Source: an uncultured bacterium (GTDB lineage: Bacteria > Verrucomicrobiota > Lentisphaeria > Victivallales > UBA1829). Taken from it: 64,000 bases of DNA. Positions within the stretch are counted from its first letter, which is position 1, and each line of letters opens with the position of its first letter. Made by a program: the position numbers and the translations under genes. The DNA lies in assembly GCA_902762495.1 (NCBI GenBank), contig CACWOL010000001.1, positions 5,548 to 69,547 of the forward strand, written 5' to 3'. Shown in pieces: positions 1 to 10,327 of this stretch. The notes under the pieces are model-generated. The model was not told where the DNA came from. It saw only the letters and a program-made list of their open reading frames with translations, and did no database searches.

Positions 1-281
1 ACGATGTCCGACTCGTCGCTTTTGGCGGTCAGCATGATGATCGGGGTCATCCGCGTGTCGGGCGAAGACTTCAGGCGTCGGCACACGCTCAGGCCGTCCA
101 TGCCGGGCAGCATGAGGTCCAGCAGGATCAGGTCCGGCATATAACGCGTGGCGAGCGCAAGGCCGTCCTCACCGTTGGACGCCTCCAGAATGGAGTCGAA
201 TCCGGCGGACTGCAAGGTCAGCTTCAGCAACTCGCGGATCGGTTCCTCGTCGTCTATGATCAGGATCGTTTTGTTGGTCAT
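1..281 (-). CDS. Response regulator receiver domain (OmpR/PhoB-like); C-terminal part lies outside the window
   Basis: Own translation of the minus strand from ATG at 281-279: MTNKTILIIDDEEPIRELLKLTLQSAGFDSILEASNGEDGLALATRYMPDLILLDLMLPGMDGLSVCRRLK..IIMLTAKSDESD. It has an acidic pocket (DDEE) and a phospho-acceptor Asp in LLDLMLPGMDG. It is absent from the ORF track because it is truncated. Confidence 0.85.
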   Translation of the reverse strand, partial: MTNKTILIIDDEEPIRELLKLTLQSAGFDSILEASNGEDGLALATRYMPDLILLDLMLPGMDGLSVCRRLKSSPDTRMTPIIMLTAKSDESDI

Positions 282-331
282 ACTTGTTTCCCCGTCCTTT
301 CGTTTTACTATATCATGTCGGTGTGCTTATT

Positions 332-2011
332 TCAACCGACGTCCGGCAGTTTCCCGTAGAAATCTCCGGCGCGCTCCGCGATGTTGAAGATATGCCGTTC
401 GGTCTTGCGTATCTTTTCCAGCAGCTCCATGAAGAGCACGCCGTTTTTGGTGATGCATTTCCCCTCGTACAGGCGGTTCATGTGCGTGAGTTCTGCCTCG
501 TCCAGCATTTTCTGCATTTCGGCATGGGCGGCATGTGCCGTTTCCGGATTCTGCGAATGGTTTTCCTTCAGGAGATCGATCGCATTTTCCGTCAGGGTCT
601 CCAGGTGTCCGTGAATGCGTTCCAGTTCAAGTTCGGCGTCCTCGCTGAACTGGACCTTGTCCGCCTTGATCCGCTTCATGAGGTCGCAGAGTTCCATGGC
701 GTAATCCCCGATCTTCTCGGCGTCGTTGGTGCAGTGGATGAGCACGGGGATCTGTCTGCTTTCACGCGGCGACAGCGGCTTCAGCATGAGCGCGGTGAGA
801 TAGTCCGCGATGTCGCGCTGGCGGGCGTCGATCTCCTCCTCCCTCTGAGGCAGAGATTTGACCCGTTCCTGATTGCGTTCGTCGTTGTGTGCGTAGATTT
901 TCAGGGCAGTGTCCGTCATCTTCCATGCCCGTTTCAACATCTTTCTCAGCTCGGCGGCGGTCTGCGACAACGCGATCGCGGGCGTATTCAGCAGGTGCGG
1001 CTCGAGCTTGATGTAACGGACGTCGACGGCTTTGACCGGGATGATGGCTTCGCAAATCCTCGGCAGGACCGACATGAACGGGATCAGCAGCAGAGTCGTG
1101 CCGACGTTGAAGAGCGTGTGCGCATTCGCGATCTGGCGTTCCAGCGACGCGCCGACGCCCGAAACCGTCCGAATCAGACGGAAAAACGCCGGTTCGCCGC
1201 CCCACGGGATGAGGAAGGAGACGACCGCGATCAGCACGCCGATGACATTGAAGAGCGTGTGGAGCAGCGCCGCCTGACGCGCCACGCGGTTCGTGGTCAG
1301 CGCCGCCAGCTGGGCAGTGACCGTAGTGCCGATGTTGGTTCCGAGCAGGATCCCGACCGCGGTGTACAGGTCCATGATTCCGCCCGCGCTGAGCGCGATC
1401 ACGATGCCGATGCAGGCCAGACTGCTTTGAACGATCATGGTGGCGACCAGACCGATCCCGATCGCGCCGAACAGCGCTCCCGGCGGGATGATCCCGTTGG
1501 GGCCCGGCGTGCAGTCGAACCGCTGGAACGCGGAGACGAACGCGGGGTGATCCGCCAGTTGTTTCAGCTCGCCGCTCATGATCTCCATGCCGAAGAACAG
1601 CAGTCCCAGCCCAAGGAGCGTCTCGCCCAGCTGCACGACCTTTTCATTCCTGAAAAACGTCATCCCCAGCCCGAGGATGATGGACGGCATGATGATGACG
1701 CCGATCTTGAATGCCACGAGCTGTGCCGTGATCGTCGTTCCGATGTTCGCGCCGAAAATGATCCCGACGGATTGCTGAAGCGTCAGGAGTCCGGCGTTGA
1801 TGAAGCCGATCACCATGACGGTTGTGACGCTGGACGACTGAAAGACCGAGGTCACGACAGTCCCGGACAGGATCCCGGCAAGTCGGTTTGACGAGAAAAA
1901 GCGCAGCACCGTCCGCATCTTTTCTCCGGCCGCCTTCTGCAGGCCCCGGCTCATCAGCTTCATGCCGAACAGAAACAGCGCCAGCCCGCCCAAAGCATTT
2001 ACGAAAAGCAT
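332..2011 (-). CDS. Na+/phosphate cotransporter family protein with C-terminal PhoU-like domains
   Basis: 559-aa ORF. The N-terminus LFLFGMKLMSRGLQKAAGEKMR..VFQSSSVTTVMVIGFINAGLLTLQQSVGIIFGANIGTT and a second GTNIGTTVTAQL repeat are typical of the NptA/YjbB family. The C-terminal helical region resembles PhoU. It sits next to the response regulator. Confidence 0.85.
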   Translation of the reverse strand: MLFVNALGGLALFLFGMKLMSRGLQKAAGEKMRTVLRFFSSNRLAGILSGTVVTSVFQSSSVTTVMVIGFINAGLLTLQQSVGIIFGANIGTTITAQLVAFKIGVIIMPSIILGLGMTFFRNEKVVQLGETLLGLGLLFFGMEIMSGELKQLADHPAFVSAFQRFDCTPGPNGIIPPGALFGAIGIGLVATMIVQSSLACIGIVIALSAGGIMDLYTAVGILLGTNIGTTVTAQLAALTTNRVARQAALLHTLFNVIGVLIAVVSFLIPWGGEPAFFRLIRTVSGVGASLERQIANAHTLFNVGTTLLLIPFMSVLPRICEAIIPVKAVDVRYIKLEPHLLNTPAIALSQTAAELRKMLKRAWKMTDTALKIYAHNDERNQERVKSLPQREEEIDARQRDIADYLTALMLKPLSPRESRQIPVLIHCTNDAEKIGDYAMELCDLMKRIKADKVQFSEDAELELERIHGHLETLTENAIDLLKENHSQNPETAHAAHAEMQKMLDEAELTHMNRLYEGKCITKNGVLFMELLEKIRKTERHIFNIAERAGDFYGKLPDVG

Positions 2012-2623
2012 AGTTCTCCTTTTGTTCGTTGATCTATGCTGTTACTATACATGCACATTATGAAACCACGGTTAAGACTTTGTTAGTTTTCGGTTAGGAC
2101 TTGCTGTTGACAGCGTGCAATCATTTTGTCTTTTTCCGTTTCGGGTTGATTTGAGCAACCTCAAACTAACCACAATGAAAGAGATATCTTTTGCTTTTTT
2201 TTGCGTCATTTCGGGAAAAAGAGCAAAAAGTGTATCTTTTTTTTATTTTTTTTCCGTTTTCGGCTTTTTTTTTTAAAAATCGGGGTTATGTTTACGGTAA
2301 GGGTTTTTGCCATTCGGCAGGAACGTTCACATATCAACTTTGGAATTTGCTGCGAAAACGAGGCTGCGCTCCTGAAAAAAGCGCCGCCCGAAACAACCGC
2401 CGCTCTGCGGATCGAACGGGAAATATGACTTGGAGTTTGGACAAATCGAGGCTGAAGGCAGGCCGGAACGCATCATCGGCGGTCCGCTGCCGCCGCTGCC
2501 GCATTTGATACCGGGATGCCGGGCGGTTCTTCGTCCGGTCCGGGTTCCTTTTCCTCATGTTCCCGCCTCGCCCCGAGCGCAGATGCCATTCGTTTTCGCC
2601 GCTTCGCAGAAACGCAGTGGTTC

Positions 2624-3274
2624 ATGTACGACGAACAGACAGTCGATCATGCAGGGCAGACCTGCGGCACGTCCCCGGTGACGGCCGCGACATTGCATGA
2701 CCTGAAAAAGGCCGTCCGGCGCGAAAAGATCGCGCTGCGCCGCGCCATGCCGCCCGAGGCTCGCTCGGCGGCGGATGCGGCGATCAACGACCGGCTTCTG
2801 GACATCGTCCGGACGGAAAAACCGTCCGGGCTCGTCGCATACGTCAGCGACGGCACGGAACCCGATCTCGCTCCGGTCATGCGGTACGCGCTTCAGGCGG
2901 GCATCACGCTCTGCCTGCCGCGTTTCGAGCAGTCGGGCGCATATTCCATCGTGACAGTACGTTCCCTGGACTTTCCGGTGTCCCACTGGGGTATCCCGGA
3001 ACCGTCCGCCGATGCCCCGGCGGCTCCTCCGGAACTGCTTGCGGAAGCCCTTTGGCTGGTACCCGGCGTGGCGTTCGATCCCGCCTGCCGCCGTCTCGGA
3101 CGCGGCAAAGGCGTTTACGACCGTCTGCTTGCCCGGGGGACCGGAAAAACCATCGGTATCTTTTATGAACTCCAGAGATGCGCGGAACTGCCCTGCGAGC
3201 CCACGGATCAGCCCGTCGGCCGCGTCGTCACCGAATCCGGCGTCTTTGGCTGCAAAAACAATGTCAGGAGTTAA
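2624..3274 (+). CDS. 5-formyltetrahydrofolate cyclo-ligase
   Basis: In ORF 2516-3274 I chose the internal ATG at 2624. Motifs: LR..A..AI..RL, LCLPRF, GIPEP, VPGVAFDPACRRLGRGKGVYDRLL (the G-x-G-x-G-Y-YDR-like signature). The start is uncertain. Confidence 0.75.
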   Translation: MYDEQTVDHAGQTCGTSPVTAATLHDLKKAVRREKIALRRAMPPEARSAADAAINDRLLDIVRTEKPSGLVAYVSDGTEPDLAPVMRYALQAGITLCLPRFEQSGAYSIVTVRSLDFPVSHWGIPEPSADAPAAPPELLAEALWLVPGVAFDPACRRLGRGKGVYDRLLARGTGKTIGIFYELQRCAELPCEPTDQPVGRVVTESGVFGCKNNVRS

Positions 3275-3279
3275 TTCAC

Positions 3280-4890
3280 ATGTTTTCCAATGTCATCATC
3301 GCCGCCGCCCTTACATGGACGGATTATCTGGAAATGATCGGCGGCTGCATTATCGGCATCGCCATCGTGGAGATCATCGTCACCATCCTTTCCAAGAAGG
3401 GCAAGACCAAAGCGTCCCGTGATGCCGCGAAAGTCAGGGAGGACGCCGAGCGCGAAGCCTCCCAGATCCTCCGCGAAGCCCGCGTCACCGCAAAAAGCGA
3501 AGCCCTGAAGATCAAGGACGACGCCCTCAAGATCAAGGACGAAGTCGATAACGAAATCAAGGAACGCCGCCGCGAGATCACGCAGCAGGAAAAACGCCTC
3601 ACGCAGAAAGAGGAAAACCTCGACCGCAAGAACGATTCCCTGGACGCGAAGATCAAGAACGCCGAGCGCAAGGAAGCCGAACTCGTACAGCAGCGCGAAC
3701 GCCTCGTCCAGAAGGAGGAGGAGCTCAAGAACACGATCGACCGCCAGATCAACGAACTGGAACGCATCGCCGAGCTCGACCGCGAGACCGCCCGCGGCAT
3801 GATCCTCGAAAAACTCAAGGGCGAGGTCGAAAACGAATCCGGCCTGCTCATCCGCAACATCGTCGAGGACGCCCGCCAGCGCGCCGAACGCGAATCCCAG
3901 AAGCTCCTCGCCTACGCCATCCAGCGTTACGCGGGCGACTGCACCTACGAACGCACCACAGCCACCATCCCGCTGCCCAACGACGAGATGAAGGGGCGCA
4001 TCATCGGCCGCGAAGGCCGCAACATCCGCGCGCTCGAGGCGGCGACCGGCGTCAACATCCTCATCGACGACACCCCGGAAGCCGTCGTCATCAGCTGCTT
4101 CGACCCCGTCCGCAAGGAAGTCGCGCGCCGCATGATGGAAAAACTCATCGGCGACGGACGCATCCACCCGACCCGCATCGAGGAGCTCGTGAAGAAGATG
4201 CGCAAGGAAGTCGACGAGGAGATCTTCAGCGCCGGCGAGCAGGCCGTGCTGGACTGCGGGCTCCAGGGCGTCGCGAAACCGCTCATCACGCTCATCGGCA
4301 CGCTCCAGTTCCGCTACAGCTTCTCCCAGAACGTGCTCAAGCACTGCATCGAGACCTCGGCATTCATGGGCGCGATCGCCGCCGAACTCGGCCTGGACGA
4401 GCAGCGCGCGCGCCGCATCGGCCTCTTCCACGACATCGGAAAGGCCGTCGACCACGAGATCGAGGGGACGCACGCCCAGATCGGCGCCGACCTGCTCCGC
4501 AAATACGGCGAGAACAAGGACGTCGTCAACGCCGTCGCCGCGCACCACGGCGAGGTCGAGGCGACCAGCATCTACGCCATCCTCGCCAACGCCTGCGACG
4601 CCCTCAGCGCGTCGCGTCCCGGCGCACGCAGCGAGACCACCGAACTCTACCTCAAACGCCTCGAACAGCTCGAATCCATCGCCAAGGATTTCCCCGGCGT
4701 GGACACCTGCTACGCGCTCCAGGCGGGCCGCGAGGTCCGCGTGGTCGTCGAGCCGGAGAAAATCAACGAGGCACAGGCGCAGGTCATCGCACGCGACATC
4801 TGCAACCGCATCGAAAAGGAAATGACCTATCCCGGCCAGATCAAGGTCACGATCATCCGCGAGACGCGCTCCGTGGAATACGCCAAGTAA
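3280..4890 (+). CDS. rny: Ribonuclease Y
   Basis: Start ATG at 3280 is preceded by AGGAG at 3266-3270. It has an N-terminal TM helix, a long charged coiled coil, a KH domain (GRIIGREGRNIRALE) and an HD domain (LFHDIGKAVDHE..AAHHGE). Confidence 0.93.
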   Translation: MFSNVIIAAALTWTDYLEMIGGCIIGIAIVEIIVTILSKKGKTKASRDAAKVREDAEREASQILREARVTAKSEALKIKDDALKIKDEVDNEIKERRREITQQEKRLTQKEENLDRKNDSLDAKIKNAERKEAELVQQRERLVQKEEELKNTIDRQINELERIAELDRETARGMILEKLKGEVENESGLLIRNIVEDARQRAERESQKLLAYAIQRYAGDCTYERTTATIPLPNDEMKGRIIGREGRNIRALEAATGVNILIDDTPEAVVISCFDPVRKEVARRMMEKLIGDGRIHPTRIEELVKKMRKEVDEEIFSAGEQAVLDCGLQGVAKPLITLIGTLQFRYSFSQNVLKHCIETSAFMGAIAAELGLDEQRARRIGLFHDIGKAVDHEIEGTHAQIGADLLRKYGENKDVVNAVAAHHGEVEATSIYAILANACDALSASRPGARSETTELYLKRLEQLESIAKDFPGVDTCYALQAGREVRVVVEPEKINEAQAQVIARDICNRIEKEMTYPGQIKVTIIRETRSVEYAK

Positions 4891-4896
4891 CGCAGT

Positions 4897-5712
4897 ATGG
4901 ACACCTTCGCACAGGCACGAGCGGCATTCGACCGGCACATCGCGAAATTCCGCGACGCGTCCGGCACGCTTCCGTTCGCACTCGAAGCCAAGTTCAACCA
5001 CACCGGCGAAGTCTGCGAGATCACGGAGAAGATCGTGGCGGGAGAAGCTCATTTTTCCCCGCATGACGCGCTTATCTTCCGCCTCTGCGCGCTCTTCCAC
5101 GACATCTCGCGTTTCGAGCAGTACGACAAGTTCAAGACGTTCCTCGACCGCCAGTCGTTCGACCACGGCGACCGCAGCGCCGCCCTGATCGACGAACTCG
5201 GCCTCGTGCCGGAACTCCCCGCCGAAGACCGTGCCTGCGTCATCGACGCCGTCCGCGTACACAACAAGTTCGCGATCCCGGCGGATTTCCCGTCCGCGCG
5301 CCTCGCCGCCGCGAAGATGGTCCGCGACGCCGACAAGCTCGCCATCCTGCGCCTCATCATCCGCTTCTTCAACGGCGACTATTCCGATCCGACCATCCGT
5401 CTGGACCTGCCCGACACGCCCGGCTGGACTCCGGCCATCCTCGAAACCGCGCTGAGCGGGAAATGCGTAGTCTACACCGACATGAAGAGCATCAACGACT
5501 TCAAACTCGGGCTCTTCGCGTGGTCCTGCGACCTCAACTATCCCGCGTCCGCCGCGCTCGCGCTCGACGAGGACCTCTTCGGGCGCGTCCGTGCCCTGCT
5601 CCCCGAATCGGACAAGATCGACGCTCTGCTCGTTTCTGCCCGGACCCGCCTCAATACGCTCCGCAACTCCACCCGTCCCTCCGACAGAATCCCTGACCGA
5701 TGCCGCTCCTGA
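4897..5712 (+). CDS. HD-domain phosphohydrolase-like protein
   Basis: 271-aa ORF with [14 protein letters not shown] (an HD motif) and later VRVHNK / RDADKLAI. Its specific function is unknown. Confidence 0.65.
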   Translation: MDTFAQARAAFDRHIAKFRDASGTLPFALEAKFNHTGEVCEITEKIVAGEAHFSPHDALIFRLCALFHDISRFEQYDKFKTFLDRQSFDHGDRSAALIDELGLVPELPAEDRACVIDAVRVHNKFAIPADFPSARLAAAKMVRDADKLAILRLIIRFFNGDYSDPTIRLDLPDTPGWTPAILETALSGKCVVYTDMKSINDFKLGLFAWSCDLNYPASAALALDEDLFGRVRALLPESDKIDALLVSARTRLNTLRNSTRPSDRIPDRCRS

Positions 5713-6683
5713 CCGCCTCCCACCTGAAGAAATACTACCCCGTCGCGCGCGGCTTCTTCGGCAAGCCCGACTACGTGCGCGCCGTGGACGACGTTTCATT
5801 CACGCTGGAACAGGGCGAGACGCTCGGCCTGGTCGGCGAATCCGGCTGCGGTAAGTCCACGCTCGCGCGGCTCCTGCTCCGACTGGAGGACCCGACCGAA
5901 GGCTCCATCCAGCTCGACGGCCTGGAAATGACCGGGATCCGAGGCGAAGCGCTCCGCAGGATGCGCGGGAAGTTCCAGATGATCTTCCAGGACCCGTACG
6001 GCTCGCTGAACCCGCGCATGAGCATCTTCTCCATCCTGGAGGAGGCGCTGAAGCTCCACACGAAACTCGACGCCGCAGGACGCGACAAACGCATCCGCGA
6101 ACTCCTGAAGCTCGTCGGGCTCAACCCCGACTATGCCATGCGCCATCCGCACCAGTTCAGCGGCGGCCAGCGCCAGCGCATCGGCATCGCGCGCGCCCTC
6201 GCCGTCAATCCGGCCTTTATCATCGCCGACGAACCCGTCTCCGCGCTCGACGTCAGCGTCCAGGCGCAGATCGTGAATCTCCTGCAGGACATCCAGAAAC
6301 AGACCGGCGTCGCGTTCCTCTTCATCGCGCACGACCTCGCCGTCGTGGAACACATCTGCCACCGCATCATGGTCATGTATCTGGGACGCATCATGGAGAT
6401 CGGGCCGTCCGACGACGTCTGTTCCAAACCGCTCCATCCGTATACCCTCGCGCTGCTTTCCAGCGTCCCGCAGATCGACCAGTCGCGCCGCCGCGACCGC
6501 ATCATCTTGAAAGGCGACGTCCCATCTCCGCTGAATCCGCCGTCCGGATGCCGTTTTCACACCCGATGCCCTTTCGCACAGCCGCGCTGCGCCACAGAAA
6601 CTCCAGCGCTTCAGGAAGTCTCTCCGGGCCGTTTCTGCGCCTGCCACACACCGGGCATCTTCAAGAAACCGGAGACCGCATGA
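5700..6683 (+). CDS. ABC transporter ATP-binding protein, oligopeptide/dipeptide (OppF/DppF) type
   Basis: Walker [10 protein letters not shown], signature [15 protein letters not shown], Walker [14 protein letters not shown]-terminal oligopeptide-type CRFHTRCP motif. It overlaps the preceding gene by 13 nt. No permease gene is adjacent. Confidence 0.9.
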   Translation: MPLLTASHLKKYYPVARGFFGKPDYVRAVDDVSFTLEQGETLGLVGESGCGKSTLARLLLRLEDPTEGSIQLDGLEMTGIRGEALRRMRGKFQMIFQDPYGSLNPRMSIFSILEEALKLHTKLDAAGRDKRIRELLKLVGLNPDYAMRHPHQFSGGQRQRIGIARALAVNPAFIIADEPVSALDVSVQAQIVNLLQDIQKQTGVAFLFIAHDLAVVEHICHRIMVMYLGRIMEIGPSDDVCSKPLHPYTLALLSSVPQIDQSRRRDRIILKGDVPSPLNPPSGCRFHTRCPFAQPRCATETPALQEVSPGRFCACHTPGIFKKPETA

Positions 6684-6871
6684 CGGAATACGACTTGTTG
6701 ACGATCAACGACATGACAGAACGACGAAAAGATTTGACGGTTTGACGGACGATTGATTTCATCATAGTTTTTGCGACAATCCTTCACACATCAAACGACA
6801 TCATAAAAACGACAAAGAACAAGTGTCATTCTGACACAAATAAAGCATTATAAAAACACCGAATCCGCGCC

Positions 6872-7645
6872 ATGAACCAGCCTGTTTCCATCATCCTGCC
6901 GAACTACAAGACTCCGGAACTGACGCGCCTCTGCCTGCGTTCTCTCCGCAAATATACGCCGCACGACGCGATCCGCATCATCGCCGTCGACAACGCGTCC
7001 GGCGACGAATCGGCGGAATACCTGCGGTCGCTCGGCTGGATCCGGCTGATCGAACGCACCCCCGCGGACATCGCCGGCATGGCGCCCGCGCTGATGCACA
7101 CCACCGCCATGGACCTGGCGCTGAACGAGGTCGACACGCCGTTCGTCCTGTCGTTCCACACCGACACCATCGTGTACAGCACGGACTGGCTGGAATTCCT
7201 GCTCGGACGCATCAACCGGAGTGAAAAGATCGCGGGCGTAGGCAGCTGGAAACTCGAATTCGTGCCGCCGCTGAAACGATTCGGCAAGGGGATCGAGGAC
7301 GGTTTGAAACAGCTCCTCGGCAAAAAGAAACCGGAATACCGGTTTCTGCGGAGCCATTGCGCGCTGTATCGCACCGAGCTGCTGAAACGGCACACGCGCG
7401 GATTCGGCGACGGCGAATGCGCCGGCAGTTCTATCCACAGATGCCTGACCGCCGCCGGGTACGACATGGAGTTCATCCCGCCGGAAGTCCTCATCAAGTA
7501 CATGGACCACCTGAACCACGCCACGATGATCCTGAACCCGGCGATCGGCTCCCGCAAGACCGCCGCCCCGAAGGCGCGCCAGTCGCTCGAATCCCGTCTG
7601 GAACGCTACCGCGCCATCCTCGCCGATGACTCCCTCGACAAATAA
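6872..7645 (+). CDS. Glycosyltransferase family 2
   Basis: N-terminus VSIILPNYKTPELTRLCLRSL..IIAVDNASGDES is a typical GT2 (GT-A fold) DxD-type start. Confidence 0.8.
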   Translation: MNQPVSIILPNYKTPELTRLCLRSLRKYTPHDAIRIIAVDNASGDESAEYLRSLGWIRLIERTPADIAGMAPALMHTTAMDLALNEVDTPFVLSFHTDTIVYSTDWLEFLLGRINRSEKIAGVGSWKLEFVPPLKRFGKGIEDGLKQLLGKKKPEYRFLRSHCALYRTELLKRHTRGFGDGECAGSSIHRCLTAAGYDMEFIPPEVLIKYMDHLNHATMILNPAIGSRKTAAPKARQSLESRLERYRAILADDSLDK

Positions 7646-7780
7646 CGATGCGCGCAAAACAGACTGACGCGGAGACAGTTATGGATCTGGATGCTTTACG
7701 AAACGATTGCGCCCGTGCAGAAACGCCGCTATGCCCAGCTGGTGAAGGACGAACTATAACCTTTTCCATGTGAACAAACG

Positions 7781-8308
7781 ATGACAACAGACGAGAAAAC
7801 GGAAAAGACTTGGCGGCGGATCATCATTTGGGCATCCGTCCTGGCGTTCATCGTCGTGATTATAATCCCGCTCCCGTTCCTCATCGACGAGCCCGTCTGC
7901 GTCCAAACCTATCTCAATACCAGGACATTCGAATACGAGTCGTATGTCCGGGTCGGCCCCCTCGTGTTCGAACAGGACAGCGCATCCTTCTTTCAAGGCG
8001 ATCTCGAACCGTACCGGAACGCAGTCCGGCAGGAACGTCTCCCGGAATACTGGATCTGCATCTACATGCAATCCTACACCCTGCTGGGCAGCCCGATCTT
8101 CCACGAGGTCAGAGGTGGCAAATACCCGACGAAACTGCGGTTCTTCCTCATGGAGCATTATCAGGAGATGATGGACCCGGACTACAAGGAGACCGAGGAG
8201 GAATTCTCCGCCCGCTTCACCGATTACATCCTGTCCCTGAATGACGACGAATTTTTTAAACGCGTCCTGCTCCCCGCGGACACCGATCTCCGCGCCCGGT
8301 CCTTCTAA
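7781..8308 (+). CDS. Hypothetical membrane-anchored protein
   Basis: 175-aa ORF with one N-terminal hydrophobic helix (IIIWASVLAFIVVIIIPLPFLI). Codon usage is consistent with its neighbours. I recognise no family. Confidence 0.5.
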   Translation: MTTDEKTEKTWRRIIIWASVLAFIVVIIIPLPFLIDEPVCVQTYLNTRTFEYESYVRVGPLVFEQDSASFFQGDLEPYRNAVRQERLPEYWICIYMQSYTLLGSPIFHEVRGGKYPTKLRFFLMEHYQEMMDPDYKETEEEFSARFTDYILSLNDDEFFKRVLLPADTDLRARSF

Positions 8309-8396
8309 AAAAAAAGCAACACATTGTATATGATGAGATTGTGTAGAAAGTTTTGTATCTAAAGGAATTTTTTTAAAGAATTATTTCTTTTTCGAT

Positions 8397-8424
8397 TTGA
8401 CTTTTCAGTTAAGCGTGCTATAGT
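8397..8424 (+). promoter_or_regulatory. Sigma-70-like promoter of the XRE-ImmA gene
   Basis: TTGACT (8397-8402), 16-nt spacer, TATAGT (8419-8424) preceded by GTGC. GGAGG RBS at 8456-8460 and ATG at 8468. Confidence 0.6.
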
Positions 8425-8467
8425 ATTTTCGTGGAATGTTTTATCACCGTTAACGCGGAGGTACAGA

Positions 8468-9514
8468 ATGGATCAGAATCACTTTAACCCAGCATTGCTA
8501 AAACTCGCAAGAGAAGAGCGTGGTTTTTCCCAAAAGAAACTCGCTCAGGAGCTCTGTATTCAGCAGTCGTCTGTTTGCAAGTATGAAGCAGGTGTCTTGA
8601 TCCCTTCTGACGACACCATTAGGTCTATATCTAAACTATTTGGCTACCAAAGCACATTCTTTTTTCAAGACGATCTCCCCGTCTATTCCGGGTTAATATT
8701 TCATCGCAAACGTACATCTCTGAGTGCCAAGAAACGAATGAGTATTGAAGCTGAAGCACGACTTCGGGCAATCGATGTTCTGCATTTGTTTAAATGGAAA
8801 GGTATGAAGTCCAATATCATTCCACGGGAAAATAGAAAACCGGAAGAAATGGCTCAGGCCCTTCGCGAGCATTGGAACGTAAATGATGGTCCCATCGAGA
8901 ATCTGACAAAACTCCTCGAGGACAACAAAATCGTAATACTCTCCTTCAAATTTGACGCAGAGGAACTGGACGGTTTTGTTCTCAACGTTGATAACATCGT
9001 TTGTATCGCTATGAATAATGATGGGGGCTTTTCCCCGGATCGGCAGAGATTTACGATGTGCCATGAGTTGGCTCACGCTCTTTTGCATCAGAACGTGTTT
9101 CCCGATAAAACAATAGAAGGTGAAGCGGACAGATTCGCGGCAGAGTTCCTCGCCCCCCGAAAAGCAATCGAATCCGACTTGGTTTGGCCCATGACCTTTG
9201 AACAGCTTAAACAGCTTAAAGGCAAGTGGAAGATTTCTATGGCAAGTTTAATTTACAGAGCACATAAACTTGGAACAATTTCAGATGCAATCTATCGCCG
9301 AATCATGATGTATATGTCTTCTCATGGGTTTCGCAAACATGAACCGGAATGCGGACTTGTTCCTGAAACACCAACTTTGCTGAACAACATGATTCAAGAG
9401 TTTCTCGCCGAAACGCAGGATGCTTTATCCGAGTTAAAGCTGTCGGAATGGCGTTTCAATGAAAGATACAAACAATCAGGAGGGCTGTCAGAAATGTCAG
9501 TTGGAAAAGCATAA
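8468..9514 (+). CDS. XRE-family HTH fused to an ImmA/IrrE-type zinc metallopeptidase domain
   Basis: The N-terminus LLKLAREERGFSQKKLAQELCIQQSSVCKYEAG is a Cro/C1-type HTH. The central MCHELAHALLH (HExxH) plus EADRFAAEFLAPR is typical of ImmA/IrrE (COG2856-like). It lies in the AT-rich island. Confidence 0.85.
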   Translation: MDQNHFNPALLKLAREERGFSQKKLAQELCIQQSSVCKYEAGVLIPSDDTIRSISKLFGYQSTFFFQDDLPVYSGLIFHRKRTSLSAKKRMSIEAEARLRAIDVLHLFKWKGMKSNIIPRENRKPEEMAQALREHWNVNDGPIENLTKLLEDNKIVILSFKFDAEELDGFVLNVDNIVCIAMNNDGGFSPDRQRFTMCHELAHALLHQNVFPDKTIEGEADRFAAEFLAPRKAIESDLVWPMTFEQLKQLKGKWKISMASLIYRAHKLGTISDAIYRRIMMYMSSHGFRKHEPECGLVPETPTLLNNMIQEFLAETQDALSELKLSEWRFNERYKQSGGLSEMSVGKA

Positions 9515-9877
9515 AAAAGATAGCGAAATTCAAAAAAGAGAACCTCGCTATCCATAAAGAATGGGTGTGGACCCCAGTCTTTAAAGATAGCATATGAAAA
9601 CTGTTTTTTCAAGTTTTTTGGGTTCTTTTTCTTGAATTTCGCTTCAAAAACGGTCTGTTTTCGGAGTTTTTCTCCCAAAACACAGGTTCTCTTCGACTAC
9701 CAAAAGCACGAAGAGAGTATCGCAAGGGGAATCGCCCTCTGCATGTATGCCCCCAACATATAAGGATACTTTGGGCATACACGGACACATAAAAGAGGGC
9801 GAAACACCTTAATTCCGAACCTTGCGGATTCGTCCGCTGGATGGTAGAACATTCTCTACCAGAAAGAGATTTTTCTC

Positions 9878-10270
9878 ATGAATAATGAAAGATTTATTGT
9901 CCTCGAACACGTCAAGAAAGGCGACATCATCTTTGTTGAAGCCTGCTCACAATGTGCCTCAAAGGCCAAAATCACCCTAGAAGGCGTAAGCCCCACCGTT
10001 GAGCTTGTCAAAAGCACGAACAACTGCAACTTGACAAGACTCGAGGGCGGGTATTCCGCCGAAAAGACTGATGATGGTCCAGTTCAGCTGAAGATCTCCA
10101 TAGACAATGGCTCTAAGATGAAAGTCATCAAGAACGGAACCATTCTCTCCGATATCGAAGGCAAAGAAAAAGGAATACAGTATGTGTTTAACATTGAAGA
10201 TCACGAGAATCTCGACAATGACTTCAATGACTACTTTATTTCTGTCGTCACCTGGCACAAGAAAAACTAA
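9878..10270 (+). CDS. Hypothetical small protein (130 aa), family unknown
   Basis: ORF in the AT-rich island, followed directly by a strong hairpin terminator. The sequence is rich in beta-strand-like alternation and I recognise no motif. Confidence 0.5.
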   Translation: MNNERFIVLEHVKKGDIIFVEACSQCASKAKITLEGVSPTVELVKSTNNCNLTRLEGGYSAEKTDDGPVQLKISIDNGSKMKVIKNGTILSDIEGKEKGIQYVFNIEDHENLDNDFNDYFISVVTWHKKN

Positions 10271-10277
10271 ATGCAAC

Positions 10278-10313
10278 AGCCGGTGGTCCCGGGAGGAACC
10301 ACCGGCTTTTTTT
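10278..10313. terminator. Intrinsic terminator, probably bidirectional (convergent genes)
   Basis: Perfect 10-bp stem AGCCGGTGGT / ACCACCGGCT (10278-10287 and 10298-10307) followed by a T-run at 10307-10313. It lies between the stop at 10270 (+) and the stop at 10328 (-). Confidence 0.8.
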
Positions 10314-10327
10314 AAGGCTACTCGACC

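Noticed and set aside
2191-2558. Small ORFs (105, 75 and 74 aa) in the T-rich region between the Na/Pi transporter and the cyclo-ligase genes.
   Set aside because: Their translations are homopolymer-like (F/K-rich) and derive from T-runs. The region is better explained as a divergent promoter and intergenic spacer.
9394-9678. 94-aa minus-strand ORF in the non-coding gap of the island.
   Set aside because: It overlaps the 3' end of the XRE-ImmA gene antisense, has K/F-rich low-complexity content from A/T runs, and has no RBS that I can see.
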